A DNA stretch of 64,000 nt from Chiloscyllium plagiosum. Its lineage: Eukaryota. A program made the position numbers and the translations under genes. This document shows positions 51,541 through 64,000 of this stretch, piece by piece. The stretch is from contig NC_057736.1 in assembly GCF_004010195.1 (NCBI RefSeq), forward strand, positions 48,596,930-48,660,929, written 5' to 3'. The notes beneath the pieces were generated by a model, which was given only the letters and a program-made list of their open reading frames with translations, searched no databases and had not been told where the DNA came from. Position 1 is the stretch's first letter, and each line of letters starts with the position of its first letter.

Positions 51541-54500
51541 CTATGCTGAGTCTGTTCCCCTAACAAAAAGCGTCCGAACCCATCCACTGGTCCGACATTA
51601 ACAGCGTCTGACCTCCATCCTCAGTCTCTTTCCCCGGAAGCAGCAGCCCAAGAAACCATTCCAATTCTGTTCTCCAAGCAACGGCCTGTGAATTGATCCT
51701 TGTATTGTTCCCATAGTAAACACCTATGAAGCCATTCCTGCCCTGTTTGCCCATAAACAGCCCACAAAGCGATCCCACTTTGTTTTCCCAGCAATATCTT
51801 GTGAATACATTCTCAAACTTTTCTCCCTGCAATAGACCGTGAACCCATCCCCGCTCTCTGCCAGGAGCAATAAGCTGTGACGTCATCCACACACTGTTTC
51901 TCTCGAAACTGCAAGAGAACGATCAAAATTGTGTATTCCAAGCAATGCCTACCAACACATCCCCACTCTGTTCACCTTGCTTCGGTCTGTGATCCCATCC
52001 CCACGTTATTCCGCTGGCAACGGCCTTTGCCCTCATCCCCACTTTGTTGTCCTGGGAACAACCTGTGAACCCATCCCCAGTCAGCTTCTCTTGCAACGGC
52101 CTGTGCCCCCATCCTCACAATAATCTTCTGGAAACAACCTGTGATCCCATCCCCGCTCTGGTTTCAGAGCAGTGGCCTCTGTCCCCATCTGCACTCTGTT
52201 ATCCTGGTAACGGCTTGTGACCCATCCAAGTCTGCTTCTCGAGCAACTGCCTGTGACTGCATCTCCGCTCTGTTCTCTGAGTAACGACCTGTGACGCCAT
52301 CCTCTTTCTGTTTCACCAGGAACTGCCGGGGAATACATTCCCACTCTCATCACCGAGCCAATGACTGTGATCCCATCATTAAAGTGTTATCCTAGCAACG
52401 TACTGTAAACATACCCTCCTCCTTTCCCCGAGCAACAGGTTGTGAAGTCATCCCAAATCTATTTTCCTGGCAATGTGCAATGAACCCATCCCCACACTTG
52501 TCTCGAATACTTGTCCCCCGACAGATTGTGACTTGTTATCTATCCAGTTCCCCGAGCAATGTCCAGTGAACCCATTCCTCCTTTTCTCTCAGCAAAGGCC
52601 TGTAACCCTATACCCACTTTGTTCCCCTCTCAACAGTCTGTCATGGCATCCCTACCCGGTTGCGCGAACTCCGGGCTTTGAAGCCATCCCCACACTATTC
52701 TCGTAACAACGGTGTGTGAACCCATTCCTGTTCTATTGTTCTTGCAATGACATGTTCCAGTAGCAATGGAATGTGAACCCAACACTGTTCTCCTCGTAAT
52801 GGCCTGTTACCCTATTCTCACCCTATTCCACAAGCAGCTGCCTGTGTACCCATCCCTCGCAGATCCTCTGGAAACTATGTGTGTTTCCATTGCCACTCTG
52901 TTCTCCCAACAACGGCCTGTCACCGTGTTCCCGACTCTGCTGACCTAAAACGGTCTTTGAACACTTTCCTGCTCGGTCCCTTGAGCAACTGCCTGATAAC
53001 CCATTTCCATTTTGTTTCCCAAGCAACAGCCTGTGAATGCGTACCCAAACCTGTTATCCCAGCGTCTGTCTGTACCCCATCCACACTCTGTTTATTTTGA
53101 AACGACCTGTTGCCCCATCCCCCGACTGTGAGCTGAGCCTGTGAACCCTGACCCACTCTGTTCTCCTTGGAACGGCCTGTATGCCCATGCCACTCCATTG
53201 TGCTATCTATGACCACTCTGCTTCCCGTGCAACAACCAGGAAAATCCATCCCCACACTGTTCTACAAACAAGTTTCGGTGAACCCATTCCCTCTCTCTTG
53301 TCCTTGCAAAGGCCTGTGAACCGTTTCACAGTTCACTCAGCAATGATTTGTAACCGCTCCCCTGCTCTGTTCCCCTATCCCCTGTAACTGAATCCCCACT
53401 CTGTTTTCCAAGCAATGGCCTATGACCCCATCTCGACTCTGTTCCACTCACAACGATATTCGAACCCAACCCCCCAACTGTTTTCCAAGCAACGACCTGT
53501 GAATCCATACACCCAACTGTTATCCTCCAAATTGCCTGTCACCCCATCCCGACTCTGTTGTACTTTTCAGAAACCTGCGACACAATGCACAATCAGTTTC
53601 CTTACAAATGCACTGGGACACCATTCACACCATGTGTACAGCAACTGCTTGTGAACCCATCCCGATTCTGTTGTCCTCGCAACGTCCTGTGAAACCATTC
53701 CTCCGATTGTTCTCCTCAGAACAGCCAGCGAACCCATCCTCAGACTGTTTTTCTTGCAACATCCTCTAACTGCAGACCTGTTCTGCTTTCCTAGCAACGA
53801 CCTGTGACTCAATTCTCTACTCTGTTTCCCGAGCAGTGGCCTGCGATCCCATTCCCACTCTGCTCCCCAACAACATCCTATGAACTAATTTTCACGGGTT
53901 TCCCCGATCTCCTTCTCAATCTCTTCTCTCTGCAACTTCCTGTAACCACACCCCTGCTCTGTTTCCCTGGCAATGGCCTGTGAGCTCATGCTCACATTTA
54001 TCCCCTCGCAATGGCCTGTGAATCCATCCCCCCCGACTGTTACTTGCGAACCCGGCCCCACGCTCTTCTCCTCGCAACTGCATGCATCCCCATCCGCTCT
54101 CTGTTTTGCTGTCGACGACCTGTGTATCAATCCCCACTCTGTTTCCTGAGAAAAAGTCTGTGATACCATCTACACACTGTCATATGAGCAGCTACCTGTG
54201 AACCCACCCCACTCTGTAGTCTGAACAACGACCTGTGACTCCATTCTCTGAACTGCTCTCCTGGGAACAGCCTGTGAACCTATCCTCAGACTCGTCTCTC
54301 TGCAATGGCCTGTCACTGCAACTCTGCTCTGATCCCCAAGCAACGACCTGTGACTCAATCTCACTCTGTTTCCCTAGCAATGGCCTGTGATCCCATGCCA
54401 ATTCTTCTCTCCCAGTAACATCCTGTGAACGCATTTTGACTCGGTTCCCCTAGCAACGTACTGTGAACCCATTCAGAAAATATTCTCTTGTCAACGACCT

Positions 54501-57309
54501 CTAACTGCATTCCTGCTCTGTTCCACTCGCAACAACATGTAATTAATGCCCACTCTCTTCCCCTGACAATGGCGTGCAACTACATTGCAATCTGATCCCT
54601 AGCATCAGCCTGTGAACTCATTTCCGCTCTGTTCGCCAAGCAATGATCTTTGACTCAATCATCACTCTGTTTTCCTGACATTAGCCTGTGACTCAATCAC
54701 CACTCGATTCCGCTGGAAACCGCTTGTGAACCCACTCCTACTTTGTTGTTCAAGCAACTGCCTGCGTCCTACTGTGTTCCCCTAGCAACATTCTTTTACT
54801 CCATTCCCACACTGTTGTCCGAGAAACGGCCTGTGAACGCACTCGCACTGTATTCTCCCAGCAACGATCTGTAAACGCATCTCCAATCTTTTCCCCAAGC
54901 AACGTCTTTTGAATGCGTCCACACCGTGATTTCCGAGCAACTGCCTGCGACCCCAAACCCACTGTTTTGCGATAGCAACGGCCAGTGAACCCTTCCACAC
55001 TCGGTTCCCTTCGGAACGGCCTGTGATTTCCATCCCTACTCTTGCCCTAGCAACGGTCTGAGAAATAATTCACATCGTGTTCTCGTAGCAACGGTTTGTA
55101 ACTACATTGACACTCTTTTCCACAAGCAACGGCCTATGAACCCATCCTCGCTGTGATTTCTTAGCAATTGACTGCCACCCCAACCCTGCTGTTTCGCGAT
55201 AGAAACAGCCAGTAAGTATGTCCCCACTCTCTTGACCTCCCAATGGCTCGTGTCCTCATCCCCACTGTGTTCACCTCACAATGCCTTGTCAGCCCATTCC
55301 CCCAATTGTTATCTGACCAATGAACTGTGAACCCAGCCGCACTTTGTTCACCTAAAATCTATCGCAAACCACATCCTTGCCCTGTTTCTCCAAAAATGAC
55401 TTGTGACACAGTGCCCACTTGGTTTCCATGGCAGTGGCCGAGAACCTCATTTCCATGTTGTATTCCGAACAACTGCCTTTAAATACATTCTCACTCTGCT
55501 GTGCTAGCAATGGAACGTGACCCCATCCCCACGCTGTCATCGTCTGAACAGCCTGTGAATACAATCCACACAGTTCCCCGGGTAACGGCCTTTGAAACAA
55601 ACGCCATTCTGTTCCCCTAGCAATTGACTGGGACCCCATCTCTGCTGTGACCTCCTCAAAACTGCTTGTGAGCGCATTACAGCTGTGTTCCGAGAGCAAT
55701 AACCTGTCAACACTCCCCTCGACGTTTTCCCGAGCAACGGGCTGGAACCCATCCCCTCTCTGTTCCATAACCAAAGTCCTGGGACACAGCGACTCTTGAA
55801 ACTGTCTCTACGCTGCTCTGGTAGTAATAGCCAATGGCCCCATCTCCACTCGGTTCTCCTAGCATTAGCCTGTGAACTTTTAAACACTCTAATTACCCGT
55901 GAGTCAATGTTCACTCTGTTTCCCTAGCATCCTCTCCCCTCACTGTTTTCCTTGCAAGTGCCTGTAAACCCATCCCCATTCTATTTTCAGTGCTACGGCC
56001 TATGAACCCATTCTCCTGACTGGTCTCCAAAGAACAGCCACTAAGCCCATGTCCACCCTGTACCCGTGCAACTGCTTGTGATTCCATATCTGTCTTTCTT
56101 TTTACTATGCAACTGCCTGTGACTCCATCGACACTGTGCTCCCATGGTAACGGCCTGTTAGCCCATCCTCACTGTGTTCTCCCAGCAAAGGCCTGGAAAC
56201 CGTCCCCCTTCTTTTCCCCAACAACAGCCTATGACCCAATACCCGCTCCGTTCTCCGAGCAACGATCTGTGACTCAATCCCCACTCTGTTCCCCAAGTGA
56301 CTGTCTGTGACCCCATCCCATCTCTGTTCTGCTGCGACGACTTGTGAACCCACCCCCATTCTGTTGTCTTAGTAACAGTCTGTGAACCAATTCCCCGATT
56401 TGCTCTTCTGGGAACGGCCTGTGAACACATGCTCAGACTGTTCTCTCAGCAATGGTCTGTAACTGCAACCCCGCTCTGTTCCGCAAGCAATGACCTTTTA
56501 CTCAACGTCACTCTGTTTCCCGAACAATGGTCTGTGAACCCATCGCCACTCTGCTCCCCCAGCAATATTCTGTGAACGTATTTTCACTCGGTTCAACGAG
56601 GAACGTCCTGTGAACCTATTCCCAATCTGTTCTTTTCCAGTGGCCTTTGAACCATTCTGTCACCCTCGCAAACGTCTGTGAAGCAATCCTCTTTCTTGTT
56701 CTCCTAGCCACGGGCTGTGAATCTTTCCCCACCCGGCTGTCACAGCAACAGCCTGTGAAACATCCGCATTCCGTTCCCATAACAACAGCCTGCAACACCG
56801 TTCCCTCTCTCTTATCCTACAAATGACTTATGTCCCAACTACTCCTTGTTCTCCGAACAATTTCCTGTCGCCCCATCTTCGTTTTGTTTCGTAGCAATGG
56901 TTTTAAACCGCATCTGTAATCTGTTCTCCCAACAAATGTCTCTGAACACATATGCAAGCTTTTCTCCTGGCAACAAATGTCCACCCATGCCCTCTCTGTT
57001 TCCCTCGCAAAAGCCTGTGATCCCATCTCCATTTCAATGCCCTCGCAACGGGCTTTGTCCCTATCCACTTTATCTTCCTCTCGCAACAGTCTGTAACACC
57101 AAACAGAGTCGGATCTCCTAGACCTGTGAAACCTTCCTCTGTCTGCATCCTGAGCAACGATCTCAAACTCCATTCTCATTCGGTTCTCTCGAAATGGTTT
57201 ATAAACACACGCATTATCTTAGCAACTATCTCTAAACACGATCCTGAGCTTTACTCCTAACAACAGCCTTTATTTCATCCTCCCCTCTGTTCACTTAACA
57301 ACAGCTTCT

Positions 57310-58461
57310 TCCCAGAGAAATTCTCTGAATAGATCCAAAAGAAGGCATCCTGTCTCCCTGTTGTAGAGGAGACCACACCGGGTGCAACGGATGTAGTAAA
57401 TGACACGTAAATTTCTGACGGTTGTGAAAGGATTCCATGCGGCCTGGGTTGGAGATGAGGGGATTGGTGTGGGTGTAGGTTTTGTACTTCCAGTGGTGGC
57501 AGGGAAATTTGCCAGGAGTGGATTGTGGACTGGTTTTGGGGCTGGTGGTGGTGGTGTTGACCTGACGAGGGAGTCGTGTATGGAATGAGCTTTTTGGAAT
57601 ACTGATTGGAATAGAGAGGGAAATATGTCTCTGTTGGGGGTGTCTGTTTGGAGGTGGTGGAAGTAGCCTGGGTGATGCGTTGTATACAAATGTTTGTGGG
57701 ATGAAAGGTGAGAACCGTGTGCGTTCTCTCCTTGTTGCATTGGGAGGGATGGAGTTCAATGGCGGTGGGGCATGAACTGGAGGAGATGCGTTTGAGAGGA
57801 TCATCAATCACGTGGGAAGGGACGTTGTGATCGTGGAAGGAGATGGCCATGTGGGAGTTTTGAGGTGTATTTGGTCATCCTGAGAACAAATGCGGCTGAG
57901 CCGGAGGAATTGGGAATAATAGCTGGCGATATTACAGGAGGTATGGTGGGAGGAGGTGTAGTCTGGGCAGCTGTGGGAGCCAGTGGGTTTGTGATATATG
58001 TCTGTGGTTGGATGGTCGCCAGTAACTAAGATGGAGAAGTTCAAGAAGGAGAACGTGGTTTCCAAGCTGGCCAAGGTGAAATTGACGTCGGGGTGGAAGT
58101 TGTTGATAAAGTTGAGGAACAGATCAATCTCCTCGTGTGAGCACAAGGCAGCGCCGATACAGTCATTGCTGTAACGGTGGAGCAGGTTCGGGGTGGTGCC
58201 GGTGTAACTGTGGAAGATGGACTATTCCACGTATCCGACAACCAGGTAAGCATAGCTGGGTCCCATGAGGGGTCCATGGCTACCCCTTTGATTTGGAGGA
58301 AATGGAGGATTGGAAGAAGTTGTTGAGGGTAAGAACCAGTTCAGCCAGGAGGATAAGGGTGTCAGTGGAAGGGTACTGGTTGAGATGGCGTGAAAGAAGG
58401 AAATGCAGGGTTTGGAGACGTTGGCCGTGATGGAGCTTTGTGTACAAGGAATGGATGTCCA
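57310..58461 (-). mobile_element. Penelope-like retroelement internal fragment (RT + start of GIY-YIG) inside satellite B
   Basis: DIHSLYT, LAELVLTLNNF, MGPSYA, FINNFHPDVNFT, DIYHKPT, YSQFLRLSRICS, VIYYIRCTRCGLLYNRETG. Confidence 0.93.
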
Positions 58462-60326
58462 ATCCAATCCCCACGACTGTTCTCCTCGTGCGGCATGTTA
58501 ACGCTCAACTCTGTTCACCAAAAAACTGGCTGTCACCCCGAGTAAAGGACTGTGACCTCGGACCCACTCTGTGCTCATAGCAACGGTCTGAAAACTATCA
58601 CACTCTCTTCTCCGAACAATGACCTGTGTCTCAATCACACTCGTTTTCCTTCACAATGGCTTGTGACGTCATCCGAATTCTATTTTTAAGTCACTGTCAC
58701 TGACCTCATTCCGGCGGTGTTCTCCAGGCAACTGTCTCTGACCCAATCCCTGAACTGTTCCTGAGTAACGGACTGTAAATACTTCCCCGGTCTGTTCTAT
58801 GAGCAACTGCCTGTGATCCCCATGCCCCCTGTGTACACTTAGAGACTGCCTGTGACCAAAGTCAAACTCTGCTCGCTTAGTAACGGTCTGTGACACCTTC
58901 CTCACTCTGTTCTCCCAGCACCCTCTGCGAAGCTATCTCAACTCTGGTGACCTCGCAATATCCTTTGACCCGCATCGCCAATCCGTTCTCTTAGCAACTG
59001 CCTGTGACCTAATACGCAGTCTACGACTTAGTAACGTTGTGTGAAACCATCGCAAATCTGTTCTCCAAGCAATTTCATTTTAACCGTTCCCGCTCTGTTC
59101 TTCAAACAACTGCCTATAACCCCCTCTTCATTCTGTTGTCTTAGCAACAGCCTTTGAGACCATCCACGACTGTTATCCTTCCAACTTCGAGTGACCCCCA
59201 TCCCCACTCTGGTATTATAGAAACGACCTGCGAACCTATCTCCTCTCTGTCTCCTGAACATCAACCTGTAACCACGGGCCCACGCTGTTCTCTCAACAAC
59301 AGCCGGGTACCCCATCACCGTACTGTTCAACCACCAACAACTTTTGGCACATTCCACAATCTGTTCTCCAGGAAACTGTCTGTGACCAGTCCCTGAACTG
59401 TTCCCTAGCAATGCCATGTGAAACGATCCACGCTTTGTTCTCCTATCAACTGCCCCTGGCCCAGCAGTTCCCCTTGTCCCTGGTATCTAATGTCAACCCA
59501 TCAACACTGTGTTCCCCTCGTAACGGCATGTGAACGCATCCCTGCAATGTTCCCCTCGCAAGGACCTGTGAACACATCCTCTGTCCTCCTAGCAACTGCC
59601 TCTGACCCCATCCCCACTCTCTTCTACTCGCAACGGCCTGTGAACGCATCCCCGGTCTTTCCTCAGAAACTGCCTTGGAAAACATCCCAAAACTGATGCC
59701 CTACCAGCAGGATGTGAACCCATCCTCACTCTGTTACCCTAACGACAGCCGATAGCCCAATCGCCAAGCTGCTCTCCTCGCAAATGCCCGTCACCCCATC
59801 CACACTGTGTTCTCCTAGTATTGACCTCTGAACCCAACCTCAATCTGTTCTTCCAGCCACCCCCTGCGAAATTAACACCACTCTGCTGCCTGAGCAATAG
59901 CGTTGGGACCCATTCCCAGTCTTTTTGATGAGTCGCAGCCTGTGGCGCAATCCTCACACTCTTCCCAAGCAACGGCGTGTGAAACCATCCCCATGCTGTT
60001 TCCAATCAACTGTTTGCGAGTCAATTCCGGTCTGTTTCCCGTACAACAGCCTGTGAACCCATCCACAGTCTCTTCCCGAACAATGGCATGCGAACCGTAC
60101 CTCTCTCCGCTCTCAGGTATACAACCTGTAACCGTATCCCCATTCGTAGTCCGAGCAACTGCCTGTGACCGCATCCCCTGCCTTTTACCAAAGGGAATAC
60201 TTGTGAACTCAACTCACACTGTTCTAGTAACTACCTGAGATCTCACTGCGCTGTTTTCTCCATCATTGGCCAATGAACCCATCAACTCTCTTTTCTGCTA
60301 GCAACTGTGTGCGGCATGATCTATGC

Positions 60327-60620
60327 CAAAGGTGGGGAACCGTTTCATGCTGGAAGGTCGCATTGTGTTAGTTTTAATCTAATAAGGCCGCATCCAAGAA
60401 ACTTTAATTATGTATTCTTCAAAATTCACATTTTTTAAAATTGTGGCCGTCAGTCTGTGAGGATTAGCTCGTTGAATTTTCTTTGACTCTCTGGTATTTT
60501 AAATACATTCATTTTAAGCTTAAAATAAAAATAAAAAGGACAAAAAATAATAGATTTGTTCTGCAAAATTTGGATTCATTCAAAAGGCCACACACAATGG
60601 CCTAGAAGGCCGCATGCACC
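60327..60620 (+). mobile_element. hAT/Charlie-like non-autonomous DNA transposon, 3' TIR missing
   Basis: AT-rich island in satellite B starting CAAAGGTGGGGAACC, with repeated subterminal GGCCGCA motifs. Confidence 0.6.
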
Positions 60621-63600
60621 CAACCGTGACCAATGCAATGTTCTCCAAGAAACTGCCAGTGACCCCATACCCGCCGTTTTCACAAAGCAGCAGCCTGTGA
60701 AACCATCCCCAATCTGTTCTCTTGCAATGGCCTTTGAACTATCCTCATTCTGTTCCCCCTGACAACTGCCTGTGACGTAATCCTCTCTCCAATCTCCTAG
60801 CAACAGTCTGTGTACCCATGCCCAATCTGTTCTGGTACGAACGGCCTGTAAACCCAGCCGTCTTTCCTCTGCCAGCAATGGCCGGTGAATCCAACCCCTC
60901 TCAGTTCTTCTAACAATGACGGGTTACCCTATCCTCGTTCTGTTCCCTCGCAATGGTGTCTCGCCGCTTCTGCAAAATTATTATCCTCGGAACGGTCTCT
61001 GGACACATACCCACGCTATTGTCCGAGCAACAGCCTGTGACCCCATCCCAACTCCAATGAACTCGCGACGGCTTGTGGCCCCATTCCATCCGTGTTCCCT
61101 CTCAATGCACAATGAAGACATTGCTGTCCCATTTCCTAGCAATAATATTTAAACACGTCCGTTATCTCTTCTCCCAGCAACGTTCGCCATACACGTTCCC
61201 AAGCTTTTCTCCTTGCAACAACCTGAAACCTCATCCACTACCTGTTTACCGAGCTACAGACTGTAACCCCAGTGCCACTCTGTTGTCCTAGCAACTGCCT
61301 TTGAGTCCATTTCACTCTGTTGTCCTAGCAACTGGCTGCGAACCCAAAACCTCTGTGTTCACCTAAACAACTGTGGATGACCCAATCCATTTCTCTGCCC
61401 TGCTAGCAACTGCCTGTGACCCCATTCCCTCCATTTTCGCCAAGCAACTGCCTGTGAAACCATTCACATTGTGTTCTCCTTGTAACGGCCAGTGAACTCA
61501 TCCTCACAATTTTCTTCCCAGTGAAGGTCTGTGAGCACATCCACACATTGTTCCCCTAAAAACGGCCTGTAAACCCGCCCCAACTCTGTTCTCCTAGCAA
61601 CTGTCGGTGAGCCCATTCCTACTCTGTTCTCCTAGCGACATCCTGTGATCACATTCACGCTGTTTTCTTTTCTCAAACGCCTGAGAGCCCATCTCCTTTC
61701 TGTTCACTGAAAAAACGTCCTCACAACACAGCCTGACCCACTTCTCCAAGAAACGGCTGGAAAGGCCATCCCTGCTCTATCCCATAACAACGCCTCCAGA
61801 AATCTTTCCCACTCTGTCCTCCTCGCAACTGCCTTTGAACCCATCCCTTCCCTTTACCCTGGGAAATTGCCTCTGAGCCCTTTCGTACTATATTCCCCAA
61901 AAAACGGCCAGGAAACATATCCTCACTCTCTTCTCCCAGCAACAGCCTGTGAAATTGTCCTTATGTGTTCTCCAGCAACGGCCTTTGAACTCAACCCCAC
62001 TCTGTTCCCCTGGCAACAGCCTGTGATCGCATGCTCAGACTATCTTCCAAGCAACAGCCTGTGGCTCCATCCTTGATCTGTTCTCCAAGCAACTTCTTGT
62101 GAACCCATTCCCACTGGGATTCCTTACCAACTGCCTGTGACCCAATCCCTGGTCTGAACCCGGACACTGGCCTGTGATTCCATCCCAACTCTGTTCTCGG
62201 AGCAACTGACTATAATCCACTTCCACACTCTTTTTCAAGCAAAAGGCTGTGAACCCATGGCTTGTGTGGTGTCTCAGCAATGGCCGATAAACCATGCCCC
62301 AAACTGTATACCCAGCAATGGCCTGTGAAACTGACCTCACTCCTCGAATCTGGCTGTGACCATATCCCCACACTGTTGTCCTTGCAATGGCTTGTAAACA
62401 ACATCCCCGCTGTGTTCCACGAACGACGGTCGAAGACTGAATCCCCACTGTGGGAACTGCCAATCATCGCATTTGTGCTGTTTTTACAGAAACTGCTTTT
62501 GACCCAATCCCTGCTCAGTTCCACGGCAATGGCTTGTGAAACCATCCCCACTCTGTTCTCTGAGCAACTGATCGTGAACACATTCACACTCTGACCCCGT
62601 GCCCATTCAGTTCTCTGAGCAAATGTCTATGGTCCCTTCCATGCGGTGTTCTCCGAGCAACAGCCTGTGACCCATCTCTTCTATTTGCTCATATCAACAG
62701 TCAAGGAACCCATCCCCTCTCTGTTTGCTTAGCAACGGACTGTATACTCCATTGCGGTCTGTTACCCGAGCAACGGACTGTGTCTCAATCCCCACACTGT
62801 TCCCCAGGATGTTGTCTGTGATCGATTCCCCCGTGTTCCCCTAGTAACGTCCTGTGAACTTATCACAACTCTGTTCCACTAGTAATTACCGGTGATTATA
62901 CCCCACTCAGCTCTGATTGCAATGGCCTGAAATCGCATTCCAGTTTTGTTCACCCAGGAAGTGCCTGTGACCTCATCCCCGCTGCTTTGCGATAGCAACA
63001 ACCTGAGAACCTTTCCCAGATCTGTTCCCTAGCGACTGCCTGAGAACCCATCCTCAAACTGTTACCCTCAGAACAGCCTGTGGTGCCATCCCCGTTCTGT
63101 TAGCAATGGCCTTTGAAACATTCCCTACACTTTTCTCCAAACAGATGCCTATGATCCCCATTATCTCTCATTTCCCCCAGCAGCTCTCTGTGAACACAAC
63201 CTCACTGTGTTGCCCGAGAAATGGCCTGTGGACCTATCCTTATTCTGTTCCCCCTGCAACCAAGGGTAAATCTATCTCCACACTTTTCCCCTAACAACCA
63301 CGTATTAATCCATTATGATAATCCTTCCTTCGTAACGGATATGTAAGGCCACCAGCACTCTGTTCTCCGAGTAACCGCTAGTCACCCCCTCGCTGCTGTA
63401 TTCTCCAAACATGCACCTGTGCGCCAAACCCCGCTCAGTCTCTTAGAAAAAGCCTTGCAATCATCTTTACTCTGTTCTCTATGCAACTGCTGCTGAAACC
63501 ATTCCCACTGTATTCCCCTGTCAACAGCCTGTGACCCCATCCCCACTTTATCCTTCACGAAACTGCCTGTGAACCCATCATTTCCCTTTTCCCTTGGCAT

Positions 63601-64000
63601 CAGATTGAGAACCCATCAAAACAAGGATGCCCTACCTACTGCCTGTGACCCAATCCCCACTCTGTATCCGAATACTGGCCTGTGAGTCCATCCCTACCCT
63701 GTTCTCTGAGCAACTGCCTGTGAACTCATCCCCTTACTGTTTCGTTCGCAACTGCCTGTGAACCCATGCCTTCTCTTGTGTCCTCGCAACGGCCTATGAA
63801 ACCATGCCGCCGAATGGTCTCCAAGCAATGGCCTGTGAACTTGACTCCAATCAGTTTTCCTAGGACCTGCCCGTCACGCCCATCCCCAAGCTTGTGTCCT
63901 TGCAATGACCTGAGAACCCATCAAATTTCTGTGTCCCGACAATGTCCTGTGAACCCAGCCAACACTGTTCTCCAACGAACGGCTGGAAACCCCATCCACG

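Larger units (their letters stand above)
51540..64000. repeat. Satellite B: degenerate ~38-bp tandem repeat, C-rich on the plus strand
   Basis: CCTGT recurs at 54195, 54232, 54271, 54309, 54347; consensus approximately CCCCACTCTGTTCTCCTAGCAACGGCCTGTGAACCCAT. Confidence 0.95.

Noticed and set aside
51560-63600. Many short ORFs in satellite B
   Set aside because: Satellite read-through on both strands; only 57310-58461 has recognisable (Penelope) protein motifs
38460-64000. Ig switch-region-like or telomeric repeats
   Set aside because: No AGCT-rich units, no TTAGGG arrays and no Ig exons in the window

Overview
Repeat-rich eukaryotic DNA, very probably from a shark (elasmobranch-type V-SINEs, CR1 LINEs and Penelope elements). 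I found no intact protein-coding gene; nearly every ORF in the track is a transposon remnant, an antisense shadow, a satellite read-through or an N-gap artefact. Layout: 1-8004 is a diverged copy of ~41908-51250 (end of a ~32-bp satellite followed by a CR1/SINE/Penelope mosaic). A 500-N gap follows, then a decayed Gmr1-type Gypsy LTR element (8505-13590). ~17900-36230 holds a decayed multi-exon minus-strand pseudogene of unrecognised family, riddled with CR1, L2, Penelope and LTR insertions. 38460-42170 is a G-rich ~32-bp satellite. ~51540-64000 is a C-rich ~38-bp satellite interrupted by a Penelope fragment and a hAT-like MITE. The most notable items are: Penelope-derived palindromes carrying hammerhead ribozyme cores (on both strands at 36261-36485), a TSD-bounded Penelope composite carrying captured non-Penelope DNA, a nested LTR-Penelope-LTR cassette with a 119-bp triplication, the hidden pseudogene, and two satellites whose conserved cores match forkhead/TALE and RFX motifs. 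All calls were made by eye, without alignment or database search, and boundaries are approximate unless a motif is quoted.
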